Origin: Candidatus Micrarchaeota archaeon
Lineage (GTDB): Archaea > Micrarchaeota > Micrarchaeia > Anstonellales > Bilamarchaeaceae
Length of the DNA stretch: 64,000 nt
Direction: 5' to 3'
NCBI GenBank assembly: GCA_016926175.1
Contig: JAFGPA010000031.1
Span: 7,075-71,074 of the forward strand
The position numbers were made by a program, and so were the translations under genes. Each line of letters opens with the position of its first letter. Position 1 is the stretch's first letter. The notes below the pieces were generated by a model. It saw only the letters and a program-made list of their open reading frames with translations. It did no database searches and was not told where the DNA came from. Of this stretch, positions 1 through 10,878 are shown piece after piece.

Positions 1-849
1 GTGAAGTTCCCTGGTTATTGGTCCTTTGCCCTTAGTTATCTTTCTTTTGTCAATTTCAGCAACAGGGGTAATTTCAGCAGCAGTCCCTGTCAAAAACACC
101 TCTTCTGCGGTGTAAAGTTCATCCCTTAGCAAAGGCCTTTCAACAACAGGAATCCCCATTTCTCTTGCAATTTCCATCACGCTTTCCCTGGTTATTCCTT
201 TCAGAACCTGCTCATAAACTGGCGGGGTAACAAGCACGCCATTTTCCACAATGAACAGGTTTTCAGCTGAACCTTCTGCAACCCTGCCCTGCCCATTAAG
301 CATTATTGCCTCGTCGTAGCCGGAATCAGTGGCTTCCTTCCTGGCAAGTATCGAGTTCATGTAATTTGCGCTTGCCTTGACATGGGGTGACAATATTTCA
401 GTATCAATCCTTTTCCAGCTTGAAAGCTTGCAGGAAATTCCGGTTTCGGATTTCTTTCCGTAATATTTGCCAAATGGAATGGTTATGACTGCAAGCTCAA
501 ACGGGGCTTCCCTTATGTCCAGCCCTATAGTTTTGTAGCCTACATAGCAGATTGGCCTGATGTAACAGCTCTTCAGGTTGTTTTTTCTTATCAGTTCTTT
601 TGTTATTTTGCATAGCTGATCCACTGAATAATCAAGTTCGAACTGATAAGTTTTTGCGCCGCCGGCGAGTCTTTCGTAATGGTCTTTCATCCTGAATACT
701 GCAGGTCCTGAAAGTGTATCATAGCATCTTATTCCTTCAAAAATAGCCGTTCCATAGTGCAGGGCATGTGTAAGGATATGCACTTTTGCATTTTCCCAGT
801 TTACATATCTTCCGTTCATCCATACCTTTTTTGCAGATTTTACTGTCAT
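1..849 (-). CDS. ilvE: Branched-chain amino acid aminotransferase (3' end runs off the window)
   Basis: Not in the ORF track. Manual translation from ATG at 849 gives MTVKSAKKVWMNGRYVNWENAKVHILTHALHYGTAIFEGIR..., with later EGSAENLF and LKGITR class IV PLP motifs. Confidence 0.93.
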   Translation of the reverse strand, partial: MTVKSAKKVWMNGRYVNWENAKVHILTHALHYGTAIFEGIRCYDTLSGPAVFRMKDHYERLAGGAKTYQFELDYSVDQLCKITKELIRKNNLKSCYIRPICYVGYKTIGLDIREAPFELAVITIPFGKYYGKKSETGISCKLSSWKRIDTEILSPHVKASANYMNSILARKEATDSGYDEAIMLNGQGRVAEGSAENLFIVENGVLVTPPVYEQVLKGITRESVMEIAREMGIPVVERPLLRDELYTAEEVFLTGTAAEITPVAEIDKRKITKGKGPITRELH

Positions 850-901
850 ATTTGTCTTGCTTGGGCATATTTTTTTAATCTTTTTATTCTTATTCCTGGC
901 C

Positions 902-1132
902 ATGGTAATTGTATACAGCACTACGCACTGTCCCTGGTGCGTGAAACTAAAGGATTTTTTAAAGCAGAATAACATTCAATTCGAAGAAAGGAATGCCAAC
1001 GAAAATCACGATTATGCAGCGGAACTGCAACAAAAAAGCGGAGGACTGGCCGTTCCCGTAACTGACGTTAACGGTAAAATAATCGTAGGATTCAACGTTC
1101 CTAAACTGAAAGAAGCCTTAAAGATTAACTAA
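902..1132 (+). CDS. Glutaredoxin/NrdH-like redoxin
   Basis: YSTTHCPWC motif and VPVTDVNGKIIVGF. Start trimmed to ATG 902. Confidence 0.9.
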   Translation: MVIVYSTTHCPWCVKLKDFLKQNNIQFEERNANENHDYAAELQQKSGGLAVPVTDVNGKIIVGFNVPKLKEALKIN

Positions 1133-1552
1133 TTCTTTTCGGCAGGCAGATTTTTTTAAAAGCTCCCTTTGCTGCAGGGCCTTATACAATCCGGATCCGC
1201 ATTCCTTAATTTTGTTTTTATCGCATTTTTTCCTATGAATTCTTTTGCATAATCCATTATCTGTTTACTTGCCATGCTCCTCCAGTTTCTCATTAGTTTT
1301 CTTTCTCTCATGAAAGGAAGGCTGTCAAGAAGATTGTTTGCCCGCAGATACCCCCGGAGGCAGCAGTTCACTATTTCAGGTCGGCCTTTGTGCAGTTTCC
1401 TATTCAGTGAATTATTCTCATTGCCCGGGCAAGTGCAGTTCTTTTTTCATTTGTTTCCAGGAGATCCCTCCCTTTATGTCAAATGGCATTTCAGTGAAAG
1501 GTTCCGCCAGCTTCGGCGTTGCCGCTGATCCATCTTTTTTTATAAACGTGAG

Positions 1553-3271
1553 CTATCCATAATAGTTTCCGGAATCCCGCTGTTCACTGTCAAGCTGGCT
1601 GCCGGGCTTGTTGATCCTGGGCCTTGCAGAATCCCTGTCTCTTCTCATTGTTATTCCTGCAACTTTCAGGAAGCTGTTCATGCCGCTTTTTTTATCCAAT
1701 GGCGCGGATGCATGGCCATTTACAGAACTCTCGCCGTCAAAAACAATCAGCCTGTTTGAAATGGCATCAATGAAAACAATGTCATGATCAACTACAAATG
1801 CGGATTTTTCGCTCTCGCTTATTGCCTTCCTTAGCAAAGCAGCGAATTCAAATCTCTGTTCAATGTCCAGGAATGCGCTTGGCTCATCAAAAAGATAGAT
1901 CTCTGCTTCCCTGCAAAGCGCCTTTGTCAGCTCTACCCTCTGTAACTGGCCGCCTGACAATTCCATCATGCTTTTATCGAACAATGGTCCTATATTCAGT
2001 TTTCTTTTGCAGTTTTCAAAAAGCGTTCCCCTGCAGTCAGAAAGATAATCTCCGACAGTTTTGTCCTGTGCAGTAATATACTGCGGTTTATAGGAGATTC
2101 TTAAGCTGGGTTTCCCCCCTCCATCTTCAACCCCCGCAAGCATTTTTACAAACAGGGATTTTCCAAGGGCATTTTTTCCTACAATTCCAAGAATCTCCCC
2201 TTTTTTTATTTCACCGGAACTGCTGGTAAAAGCAAATCCTTCAAACTGCTTGGCCATTTCACCATAGGCGAGCAGTTTAGGGGTTTTTACCGTACCTTCA
2301 GAATGCTTGGTGAATATTATCTCATAGTTCCTGAATTTGACATTTTCTTCCTTTAGGAACCCTGCAATATATTCATTGATCCCTGCACGGGTATTCTTAA
2401 GTCCGGAAACTACACCATAAACATTTTCGTCTCCATAGAAGAGATAGACATAATCGCTTACATAATCCAGGACTGTCAGATCATGCTCTGCCATTATCAC
2501 TTTTTTCTTTTCTGACAATTCCCTGAGCAGGACGCCCACCTTGAGCCTTTCCTCAATGTCAAGATAATTTGTTGCCTCATCGAAATAATAGACGTCTGCA
2601 TCCTTCATGTATGCTGTTGCGACTGCAACTTTCTGAAGTTCCCCTCCAGAAAGCTGCGAAATCCTCCTCTCAAGAATATTTCTGATCTCGAATTTTTCTG
2701 CCAGGAAATTTGCATTGCAGCCAACCTTCTCAAACAATTCCCTTACTGTGCCGTCAAATGCATCCCTTATCTTTTCGATATTCTGGGGTTTTGAGCTTAT
2801 CCTTATTTTGCTGTTGCTCTGGAAATATCTTCTTGTTTCCAGGGGCAGTTTTTCAAGCATCTCCTGTTCAGTGAGCTTTTTCTCAAAGATTGCAAAATTC
2901 GGATTGATCTGTCTTGACAGAAGCCTTATTGCAGTTGTTTTTCCTATCCCGTTTTTGCCCACCAGGGCAACACACCCCTCTTCAGGCAAAGGCAGGCCAT
3001 AGAGCCTGAAAGTGTTTATTCCGTACTGATAAACCGGATTTTCCAGTTCTCCGGCAAGATTCACAATACTGATGCACTGCACAGGACATTTTTTCACACA
3101 CAGGCCGCAGCCAATGCAGAGCGGCTCGGATATGACCGGGTATATGCCGTTTTCTTCAACTACTATGCATTCCTCGCCCATTCTGTTTGGCGGACATACC
3201 TTTATGCAAGCATAGCCGCATCTTTTTTCGATGCAGATATTCCGGTCTATAACTGCTACTCTTGTTGCCAT
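1553..3271 (-). CDS. rli: Ribosome recycling ATPase ABCE1/RLI
   Basis: N-terminal Fe-S motifs (CGYACIKVCP, CIGCGLCVKKCP), two ABC domains (GKNGIGKT, LSGGELQ, LSGGQLQ) and C-terminal RPRINKPGS. Confidence 0.97.
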   Translation of the reverse strand: MATRVAVIDRNICIEKRCGYACIKVCPPNRMGEECIVVEENGIYPVISEPLCIGCGLCVKKCPVQCISIVNLAGELENPVYQYGINTFRLYGLPLPEEGCVALVGKNGIGKTTAIRLLSRQINPNFAIFEKKLTEQEMLEKLPLETRRYFQSNSKIRISSKPQNIEKIRDAFDGTVRELFEKVGCNANFLAEKFEIRNILERRISQLSGGELQKVAVATAYMKDADVYYFDEATNYLDIEERLKVGVLLRELSEKKKVIMAEHDLTVLDYVSDYVYLFYGDENVYGVVSGLKNTRAGINEYIAGFLKEENVKFRNYEIIFTKHSEGTVKTPKLLAYGEMAKQFEGFAFTSSSGEIKKGEILGIVGKNALGKSLFVKMLAGVEDGGGKPSLRISYKPQYITAQDKTVGDYLSDCRGTLFENCKRKLNIGPLFDKSMMELSGGQLQRVELTKALCREAEIYLFDEPSAFLDIEQRFEFAALLRKAISESEKSAFVVDHDIVFIDAISNRLIVFDGESSVNGHASAPLDKKSGMNSFLKVAGITMRRDRDSARPRINKPGSQLDSEQRDSGNYYG

Positions 3272-3299
3272 AGGATCGATAATTAGCTGTATGGTTATT

Positions 3300-4544
3300 T
3301 TATTTCTTTTCTTCTCTATTGTGGTTTTTCTTCAGTTGTTTTCCGTTGTTTTTTATTTCAATATCCTCCTTTTCAAAAAGAAAGACTCCTGCGGTTGCAA
3401 TGATGTTTGTAAGAAGTATTACTGTGAAAACATATTCCTGGAAGTTTATCAGCACTATTCCGCTGATTGCAGGCAATGTGGCTACAACTGCTGCTGCGAG
3501 TCCCCGTGGCATAACAGTAGTAACTATTTTAATGTCTCTGCGGCGCATTTCGCCGAGTATGAGTTTTGCTGTTCCGGCCCTTATAATCATTATTAAAACC
3601 ACAAGTCCAATGGAAACAACCATTACGTCCATGGTAAAGTAGTTGAGGGACATAAGCAAACCAACATAAACAAAGAAGAAAGTCCTTACGAAAAATATCA
3701 CTTCCTCCTGGAACAGCCTGTTTGTCCGGCTTAAAGGGTTTATCCATTCAACATTGACGAATTTTGCCAGTTTTCTGGCATTGCCCAGAACAAGCCCAAA
3801 GCAGAAAACAGCTATCCCTCCGCTTGCTCCGGCTTCCTCAGCAACTGCAAACAGGCCAAGCAAAAGAGCAATCATGAGCATGTAGGAATACATGTGGAGC
3901 TCGAATTTGTTCATGAAGAAAATCCAGATAAATCCCCCCAAAAGTCCGATTGCTATTGCATTGCTGAATGATGCCAGGAAAAGGCCGAATATTGCCTTGG
4001 GCATCAGATCTATATCGCTCGTTATTACCTGCATCAGTATGACTGCAGTGATTATGACCAGCGCATCAGTCAGGGTCGATTCAACTGTAAGAAGGGATTT
4101 GATGTCCTTTCTTATTTTGGCATTCTGGATCATTGAAATAACCACAGCCCCGCTCGGCCCTCCTATAATTGCTCCCAGAAGTGCCCCGTGCAGAATATCC
4201 CATCCAAGAAAAGCGGTGCAGAAAATGCTTATGGCAAGGGTTCCAACAATGAATGTCAAAAATGTATATAGTGTGCTTTTAGGTATTGAGCCGGCAAGCC
4301 GGAATATGTCGAATTCAATTCCTCCTTCAAACAAAAGAAAGATAAGGGCAACAGAAGCAATGAATGGCAGAATGGATACTATCAATGATTCTGCAGAAAC
4401 ATCCAGGAGCCCAAGAACAGGTCCGAGAAGAATTCCAAAAAGTATCAAAAATATGACATAAGATATTTTGGTTTTATCGAATATCTGGTTTGCTATGAAG
4501 CCAATGACGATTGTAATGCCTATTACGAGGAACTCTAGCGCCAT
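3300..4544 (-). CDS. Cation:proton antiporter (CPA1/NhaP-like)
   Basis: About 12 hydrophobic segments; LFEGG, ESTLTD and PRGLAAAV motifs. Start trimmed to MALEFL. Confidence 0.9.
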   Translation of the reverse strand: MALEFLVIGITIVIGFIANQIFDKTKISYVIFLILFGILLGPVLGLLDVSAESLIVSILPFIASVALIFLLFEGGIEFDIFRLAGSIPKSTLYTFLTFIVGTLAISIFCTAFLGWDILHGALLGAIIGGPSGAVVISMIQNAKIRKDIKSLLTVESTLTDALVIITAVILMQVITSDIDLMPKAIFGLFLASFSNAIAIGLLGGFIWIFFMNKFELHMYSYMLMIALLLGLFAVAEEAGASGGIAVFCFGLVLGNARKLAKFVNVEWINPLSRTNRLFQEEVIFFVRTFFFVYVGLLMSLNYFTMDVMVVSIGLVVLIMIIRAGTAKLILGEMRRRDIKIVTTVMPRGLAAAVVATLPAISGIVLINFQEYVFTVILLTNIIATAGVFLFEKEDIEIKNNGKQLKKNHNREEKK

Positions 4545-4605
4545 GCAAAACAATCTTTGAGTAACTTTATAAAGAGTAGTTGTTTCAATTCTTCGAGGCT
4601 TAATT

Positions 4606-4839
4606 ATGGCAAAAGTATTGGTATACAAGGCAGAATGGTGTTCCTGGTGCCACAGGGTAACAGATTTCCTCAGGGAAAATGGTGTTGAATTTCAGGAAAA
4701 GGATGTTGACGATCCTGAAAATGCCAGGGAATCGATGGAACTGAGCGGCCAGGGCGGAATACCCGTAACTGTTATTGACGACGAAGTTGTAATTGGTTTT
4801 GATGTTGAAAAGTTCAGGAAGCTTTTGAATCTTAAGTGA
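4606..4839 (+). CDS. Glutaredoxin/NrdH-like redoxin
   Basis: WCSWC motif; GQGGIPVTVIDDEVVIGFD. Confidence 0.9.
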   Translation: MAKVLVYKAEWCSWCHRVTDFLRENGVEFQEKDVDDPENARESMELSGQGGIPVTVIDDEVVIGFDVEKFRKLLNLK

Positions 4840-4854
4840 CCTGCACCGGGGATT

Positions 4855-5460
4855 ATGTTTGATATGTTGAAACAATCAGGTTCATTGAAAAAGTTTCAGG
4901 AAACTATGGGCGGCCTGCTTGCCGCAATTCCATTGTCTCCAAACCACTGGACCTTAATTTCATTACTGGTTGCTGTTCTAGCTGCATACACCATTGCAAC
5001 AACAGGCCTTGTTGCAGGTTTAATCCTCTTTGCAGTTGCTGCCTTGCTTGATTTTGTTGACGGTGCAGTTGCACGCGCAAGAAATGAAGTTACGAAATTA
5101 GGCGGCTTCCTAGATGGCGTTACTGACAGATTTGTGGAGGCACTGCTCCTTTTTTCATTAATGTTCTACCCTCTGCCTGAAATTTTCATTGATGCTAAAA
5201 TCTGGCTTGCAGGCGTTTTGTTTTTCGGGACATCAATGGTTTCATTTGTTAGGGCATATGCAGACCACAAGGAAGTGGTATCCAGAGAAAATGCACTGAA
5301 AATGGGAGGTTTATGCGAACGCCCTGAAAGGCTGATTATTCTGATCACCGGAATGATTGCAGGGATAGCCGTTTCAATGGATTATTTTGTCTATTCTATG
5401 ATCCTGGTAATAGCGCTTTCCATAATTACAATCATGCAAAGACTGTCTAAGGCTTTTTGA
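4855..5460 (+). CDS. CDP-alcohol phosphatidyltransferase (archaetidylinositol-phosphate synthase-like)
   Basis: D-x2-DG-x2-AR...G-x2-LD-x3-DR signature (DFVDGAVARAR...GGFLDGVTDR). Confidence 0.93.
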   Translation: MFDMLKQSGSLKKFQETMGGLLAAIPLSPNHWTLISLLVAVLAAYTIATTGLVAGLILFAVAALLDFVDGAVARARNEVTKLGGFLDGVTDRFVEALLLFSLMFYPLPEIFIDAKIWLAGVLFFGTSMVSFVRAYADHKEVVSRENALKMGGLCERPERLIILITGMIAGIAVSMDYFVYSMILVIALSIITIMQRLSKAF

Positions 5461-5944
5461 TATCTTTTTCAAGATCCTCAAGGAATTTTTGTATCTTGAA
5501 CCTGACATTTCCATATTTTTCTGAAAAAATGAAGTCTCTTGCCGGCCCCACAGCGGCACCAACCAAAAGCATTCCTGCAATTATCATCTGGAAATTATCT
5601 TTGATGCCGGATGGAAAATTCCTTAAGAAATCGGGTGGTGCTTTGATTGCAATATTTGCCACCATTGTTGCCAGAAGGGCACAGGCACCAACAAGCCCCC
5701 TTTTTTTTCTGTACTGATATCTGTTGGCAGTTCCCACGTCCGAATGTTCGTCTTCAAGAGTTTCACGGGCGTTTCCTATTGCTGTTAAAATCTCATCATT
5801 GTTTCCGTTCAGGTGTATAAGCTTTTTCTGGATTCCCTCAAGTGCATTGCCTGTCCTGAAAAGGCTGAATCTGTTTGCAGTCTCTATATTATCCCCGATT
5901 TTATCAAGCCTGCTTTTTTGTGGGCGGGCAACAACTGTTAACAT
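5447..5944 (-). CDS. Hypothetical protein with two hydrophobic segments
   Basis: 165-aa ORF filling the gap between flanking genes, TATA-like sequence upstream, no recognisable motif. Confidence 0.65.
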   Translation of the reverse strand: MLTVVARPQKSRLDKIGDNIETANRFSLFRTGNALEGIQKKLIHLNGNNDEILTAIGNARETLEDEHSDVGTANRYQYRKKRGLVGACALLATMVANIAIKAPPDFLRNFPSGIKDNFQMIIAGMLLVGAAVGPARDFIFSEKYGNVRFKIQKFLEDLEKDIKKP

Positions 5945-5983
5945 GTTTATAATAATAGTAAATTGTGTTTTTATAACTTGCTA

Positions 5984-6868
5984 TTATCCAAAGGTGAAAA
6001 CATATACCCTTGCCTTTCCCCTGAATACCAGGCCGAGATCACGTTCCCTGTATTTTTTGTCCCTGAAGACATTGTAGATCCCGGGTTTGTTTATGGCAAT
6101 TGCCTTCTTTTTCCTGTTGTCTATGAAGATGTCTGCCCGTACTGATTTGCCGAGAGGCACAATTACAATATTTACCTCCCTTGCATTAAAGCGGAAGGAT
6201 AGTTTTCCAGGGCTGTTTTTAAGTTCAATATATTCCTTTTCCTGCTCCCATCTTCCGTCAGGATAGATAATCCCTGGAACATGTTCGTTCCTGTCAACAT
6301 AATAATTGTATTTACTTCCGCTTATCAGGCCTGAACCAAGTCCCCTGTTTCTAAGGAAGCCAGCATATGTTTGCGGAGTCTGGTCAAACATGTAGTCAAG
6401 CAGATTTTCTTTTTCCTTTTTGCCTTGGATACCAAGCAATATCTGTATTGCATCTTCTGTGTCTTCATACATGCCTTCTCCAAAATGAACATACTCAATG
6501 TTACCTTCCTTGTCAATCAGGAATGTTGCAGGCCAGTAGCGGTTGTTGTAAAGGCTCCACATCCTCATTTTGTTGTCCATGCAGACGGGGTACTTTAGTC
6601 CCAGTTCCCTGACTGCTTTTTTAACAATGTCCTCTTTTTCCTCAAATGCGAATTCCGGTGAATGTATCCCTATTATTGCAAGGCCCTTTTTGTGATATTT
6701 CTGGTGCCATTTTTTGAGATAAGGCATTGTCCTATGGCAGTTGATGGAGCTTGAGGTCCAGAAATTTATCAAAATCACTTTTCCCTTGAGATCCTTAATC
6801 CTGACTGGCTTTGAATTTAGCCATTTTACATCTGCAAATTCAGGCGCCTTTATTTTGAAGCCGAACAT
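5984..6868 (-). CDS. DipZ-like thioredoxin/redoxin domain protein (SxxC variant)
   Basis: GKVILINFWTSSSINC, IGIHSPEFAFE, NRYWPATFLID and HFGEG match DipZ C-terminal family motifs. Confidence 0.88.
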   Translation of the reverse strand: MFGFKIKAPEFADVKWLNSKPVRIKDLKGKVILINFWTSSSINCHRTMPYLKKWHQKYHKKGLAIIGIHSPEFAFEEKEDIVKKAVRELGLKYPVCMDNKMRMWSLYNNRYWPATFLIDKEGNIEYVHFGEGMYEDTEDAIQILLGIQGKKEKENLLDYMFDQTPQTYAGFLRNRGLGSGLISGSKYNYYVDRNEHVPGIIYPDGRWEQEKEYIELKNSPGKLSFRFNAREVNIVIVPLGKSVRADIFIDNRKKKAIAINKPGIYNVFRDKKYRERDLGLVFRGKARVYVFTFG

Positions 6869-7026
6869 AAGGATATAATCATATGAATATTTATGAAGAT
6901 TTAGGGTTCATGGTAATTCTGCTGTACTGCCTATCTCGCTGATGCTGTTTGTGGTTTTATTGCAGGCACGAGGCCGGTTAGAAAAGAAATTCCGGAACAT
7001 GACAGGCGTTGCATTCAAAGGAAAAT

Positions 7027-7647
7027 CTACCGCATTCTGTTTTTTGCCATTACTGCGATAGATGCGATTATTGTTATTGCACTGATAAGCGCTACTGCTC
7101 CGGGAACCGGAGACGGTTCTTCATCCGTTGCCCGGCTTATGTTTGCTCTTGCCAGACGATCCGGTACAGATTCCATATCCTCTTCTGATTCTGTTTTGTA
7201 GAAATCCCCCGCAGCCTCTGGAACTGCCTCTGCAGTTACCATTATTTTATCTGCAGCAAATTCCTCTTCAGATGCACCGGCGTTCTGCAACGTCTCAGTT
7301 GCAGCCATCTGGGCAGGAACCATCATTACGAAAAGCGATGCAATTAATGATACTATTGAAATGGAAAGCAGGATCATTACTTTTACTTCTCTGGGACCAA
7401 TAATCTCATTCCCTTTTTTTGTGAGCTCATAATATTTCCATTTGTGGCCATCGTCTATCTTTTCAATCAGCCCTGTTTTTTCCAGAACCTCAAGATGTTC
7501 CTTTATTCCTGATACTGACATGTTTTGTTCTTTGGCCAGTTCAGTAAGCGTTTTCCTTCTTTGTTTCAGGGATTTCAGGATTTTCACCCTGGTATCGACT
7601 GCCAGAGCCTCAAAGCTCTTTCTGTCAAGAACTATCCTGTCATCCAT
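7027..7647 (-). CDS. ArsR-like winged-helix regulator with two membrane segments
   Basis: ALAVDTRVKILKSL...HLEVLEKTGLI...KWKYYELT, then a TM helix, an acidic linker and a second TM helix. Confidence 0.85.
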   Translation of the reverse strand: MDDRIVLDRKSFEALAVDTRVKILKSLKQRRKTLTELAKEQNMSVSGIKEHLEVLEKTGLIEKIDDGHKWKYYELTKKGNEIIGPREVKVMILLSISIVSLIASLFVMMVPAQMAATETLQNAGASEEEFAADKIMVTAEAVPEAAGDFYKTESEEDMESVPDRLARANISRATDEEPSPVPGAVALISAITIIASIAVMAKNRMR

Positions 7648-7738
7648 GAAAAGCTATCGCCTTATTGTTTATAAATAATTTGCGTTATTTTTCGGTTTCA
7701 GCCTTATTTTCCTCCAGTCGGCCCGGGTTCCCGTTAGA

Positions 7739-7746
7739 TTTATAAA
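7739..7746 (+). promoter_or_regulatory. Probable TATA box of the 16S rRNA transcript
   Basis: TTTATAAA about 190 bp upstream of mature 16S, followed by hairpin-rich leader sequence. Confidence 0.55.
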
Positions 7747-7930
7747 CTGGTCTATCGTATATTAGTCTCACCGTTTTTTCGGTTTCAATTTTAGTTAATT
7801 GAGACTGTGTCTCGTCTTGAGACTTGAAATCTATTGCTTATAGATTCGACTCACGCTTCAAGAGTAGATGTAAGTATAACGTCGATTCCGAATAATAATT
7901 AACTTCAAAATTCGGTTCAGCAGAAGATCA

Positions 7931-9466
<1,536 letters not shown>

Positions 9467-9680
9467 AAATTTTGATAACACATCATCAAAATGATTGGAA
9501 TGCGTGTGCGAGAAAAAAGTTATACTTATAACTCTAAATGAAGCGTGAGTTTCTTCTTCTTATCCTGATTTTTTCTTAGTTGTTAATCTCCATGAAGTGT
9601 TTAATAAAACTAAACAAGTTGTTCAATAAAACTAAACAATACTCAATATAATTAATGCCTTTCTGATCTGATTATTATCT

Positions 9681-10265
9681 GTGAAAACCAGGAAAAAAGA
9701 CCCCCGGCAGGATGCCGTGGACAGGATACTGAAAAGCAAATTCAATATGACTGATTCTGAACTGGAAAAAGTCAAACTTGTAGAAGGCATGATGGCTCTC
9801 AGCGGTCATAAAATAGAAATTGATTCTTTATTGCAGGGAATGAGGGAATTGCCCGAAGATGACGATTACCAGACAAATGCAATGGATGCTGCCAACCATG
9901 ATTTTACTCTTGTCGCAGTGAGGGCAATGATTGATGACCTGAAATGCCTGAATGATCTGCCGGAAGGCATTTCACCTGAAGTAAAGGCAAAATTCCTCGA
10001 ATCCCTGCATGACGAAAAAACAAAAACGGCAATAGAAAAACTAAGGGAATTTGCAGATGAGAATGAGCTTGATTTCGGTGCATTTTTGTTTTATGTAACC
10101 AACAACATTGTCTCAGCAGTTACTGTATTTTATAAGGATGACGGCTGGGGCGATTATGAAAAAAGAATTGCAGGGCATTTCAGGGAAGAGGAAATTCCTT
10201 TGCTTGAGCATGTCAATGAAATTTTTGCCCACCACCTTGAAAAGCTGAAAGCACCCACGAAGTAA
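9681..10265 (+). CDS. Hypothetical acidic helical protein
   Basis: 194-aa ORF with typical coding composition, no motif recognised. Confidence 0.7.
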   Translation: MKTRKKDPRQDAVDRILKSKFNMTDSELEKVKLVEGMMALSGHKIEIDSLLQGMRELPEDDDYQTNAMDAANHDFTLVAVRAMIDDLKCLNDLPEGISPEVKAKFLESLHDEKTKTAIEKLREFADENELDFGAFLFYVTNNIVSAVTVFYKDDGWGDYEKRIAGHFREEEIPLLEHVNEIFAHHLEKLKAPTK

Positions 10266-10324
10266 CATTTTTATTATCAAAGAAAAAAGATAAAGAAAAA
10301 AAAGAAATTTCCCAGCTATCCGTT

Positions 10325-10570
10325 TTACAGTAATACCTCTACATTTGGATCACTGAGCATTCTGTATACCGACATGTGCGATACGCCCATGACTTCGGCG
10401 ATTTTTCTCATTGAAAGCCTTTCAACGAAATAAAGATGCAATACCTCATGCATCCTTGCCTCGTGGCTGGCTTTTTTCGGACGTCCCCTGCGGACGTAGT
10501 CGGTCCTTTCCGGACCGGGAGGCTCCATTATTATTTCAGGTTCCGGAGCCTGAACCATACTGCTATTCAC
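10325..10570 (-). CDS. Small HTH DNA-binding protein with RGRP (AT-hook-like) motif
   Basis: RRGRPKK followed by LSMRKIAEVMGVSHMSVYRML HTH. Start placed at GTG 10570 after a GGTGAT SD; ATG 10558 is an alternative. Confidence 0.8.
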   Translation of the reverse strand: MNSSMVQAPEPEIIMEPPGPERTDYVRRGRPKKASHEARMHEVLHLYFVERLSMRKIAEVMGVSHMSVYRMLSDPNVEVLL

Positions 10571-10697
10571 TAGTATCACCATTTGATTTGGGAAGCCTGA
10601 CGGCTTCCCTGATAATCCGTTATGAATTGCCAATTAGATGGCGGTGTTTTTAATCCGAAGATCTTCCGCCGCGGGAGTTTCAAGTGTCACGGTTTTT

Positions 10698-10802
10698 TCA
10701 AACCCTGTTATTCCCGCTTAAATTATAGTTGCCTACAATAAAGGTATAGCCCAACCAATAGAACAAGTGCATTTTCCTTCCAAATCTGTTTATGCTTTCC
10801 AT
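10698..10802 (-). CDS. Putative 34-aa small/leader ORF MESINRFGRKMHLFYWLGYTFIVGNYNLSGNNRV
   Basis: Strong SD AAGGAGGTG (10810-10818) 7 nt before the ATG; TATA at 10852-10860. Confidence 0.5.
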   Translation of the reverse strand: MESINRFGRKMHLFYWLGYTFIVGNYNLSGNNRV

Positions 10803-10878
10803 GGTACTACACCTCCTTATCAGCTATTATCCTAATTTAGGGAAAAACTTATTTATAAATGTTTGTATCAGAAAAGCA

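Noticed and set aside
1135..1550. Short overlapping ORFs between the glutaredoxin and rli
   Set aside because: No frame is convincing; it may be a decayed gene, but I cannot identify a parent.
9467..9680. tRNA-Ala or 23S start after 16S
   Set aside because: No cloverleaf or T-loop and no 23S 5' signature; the region is the processing stem plus a T-rich tract.
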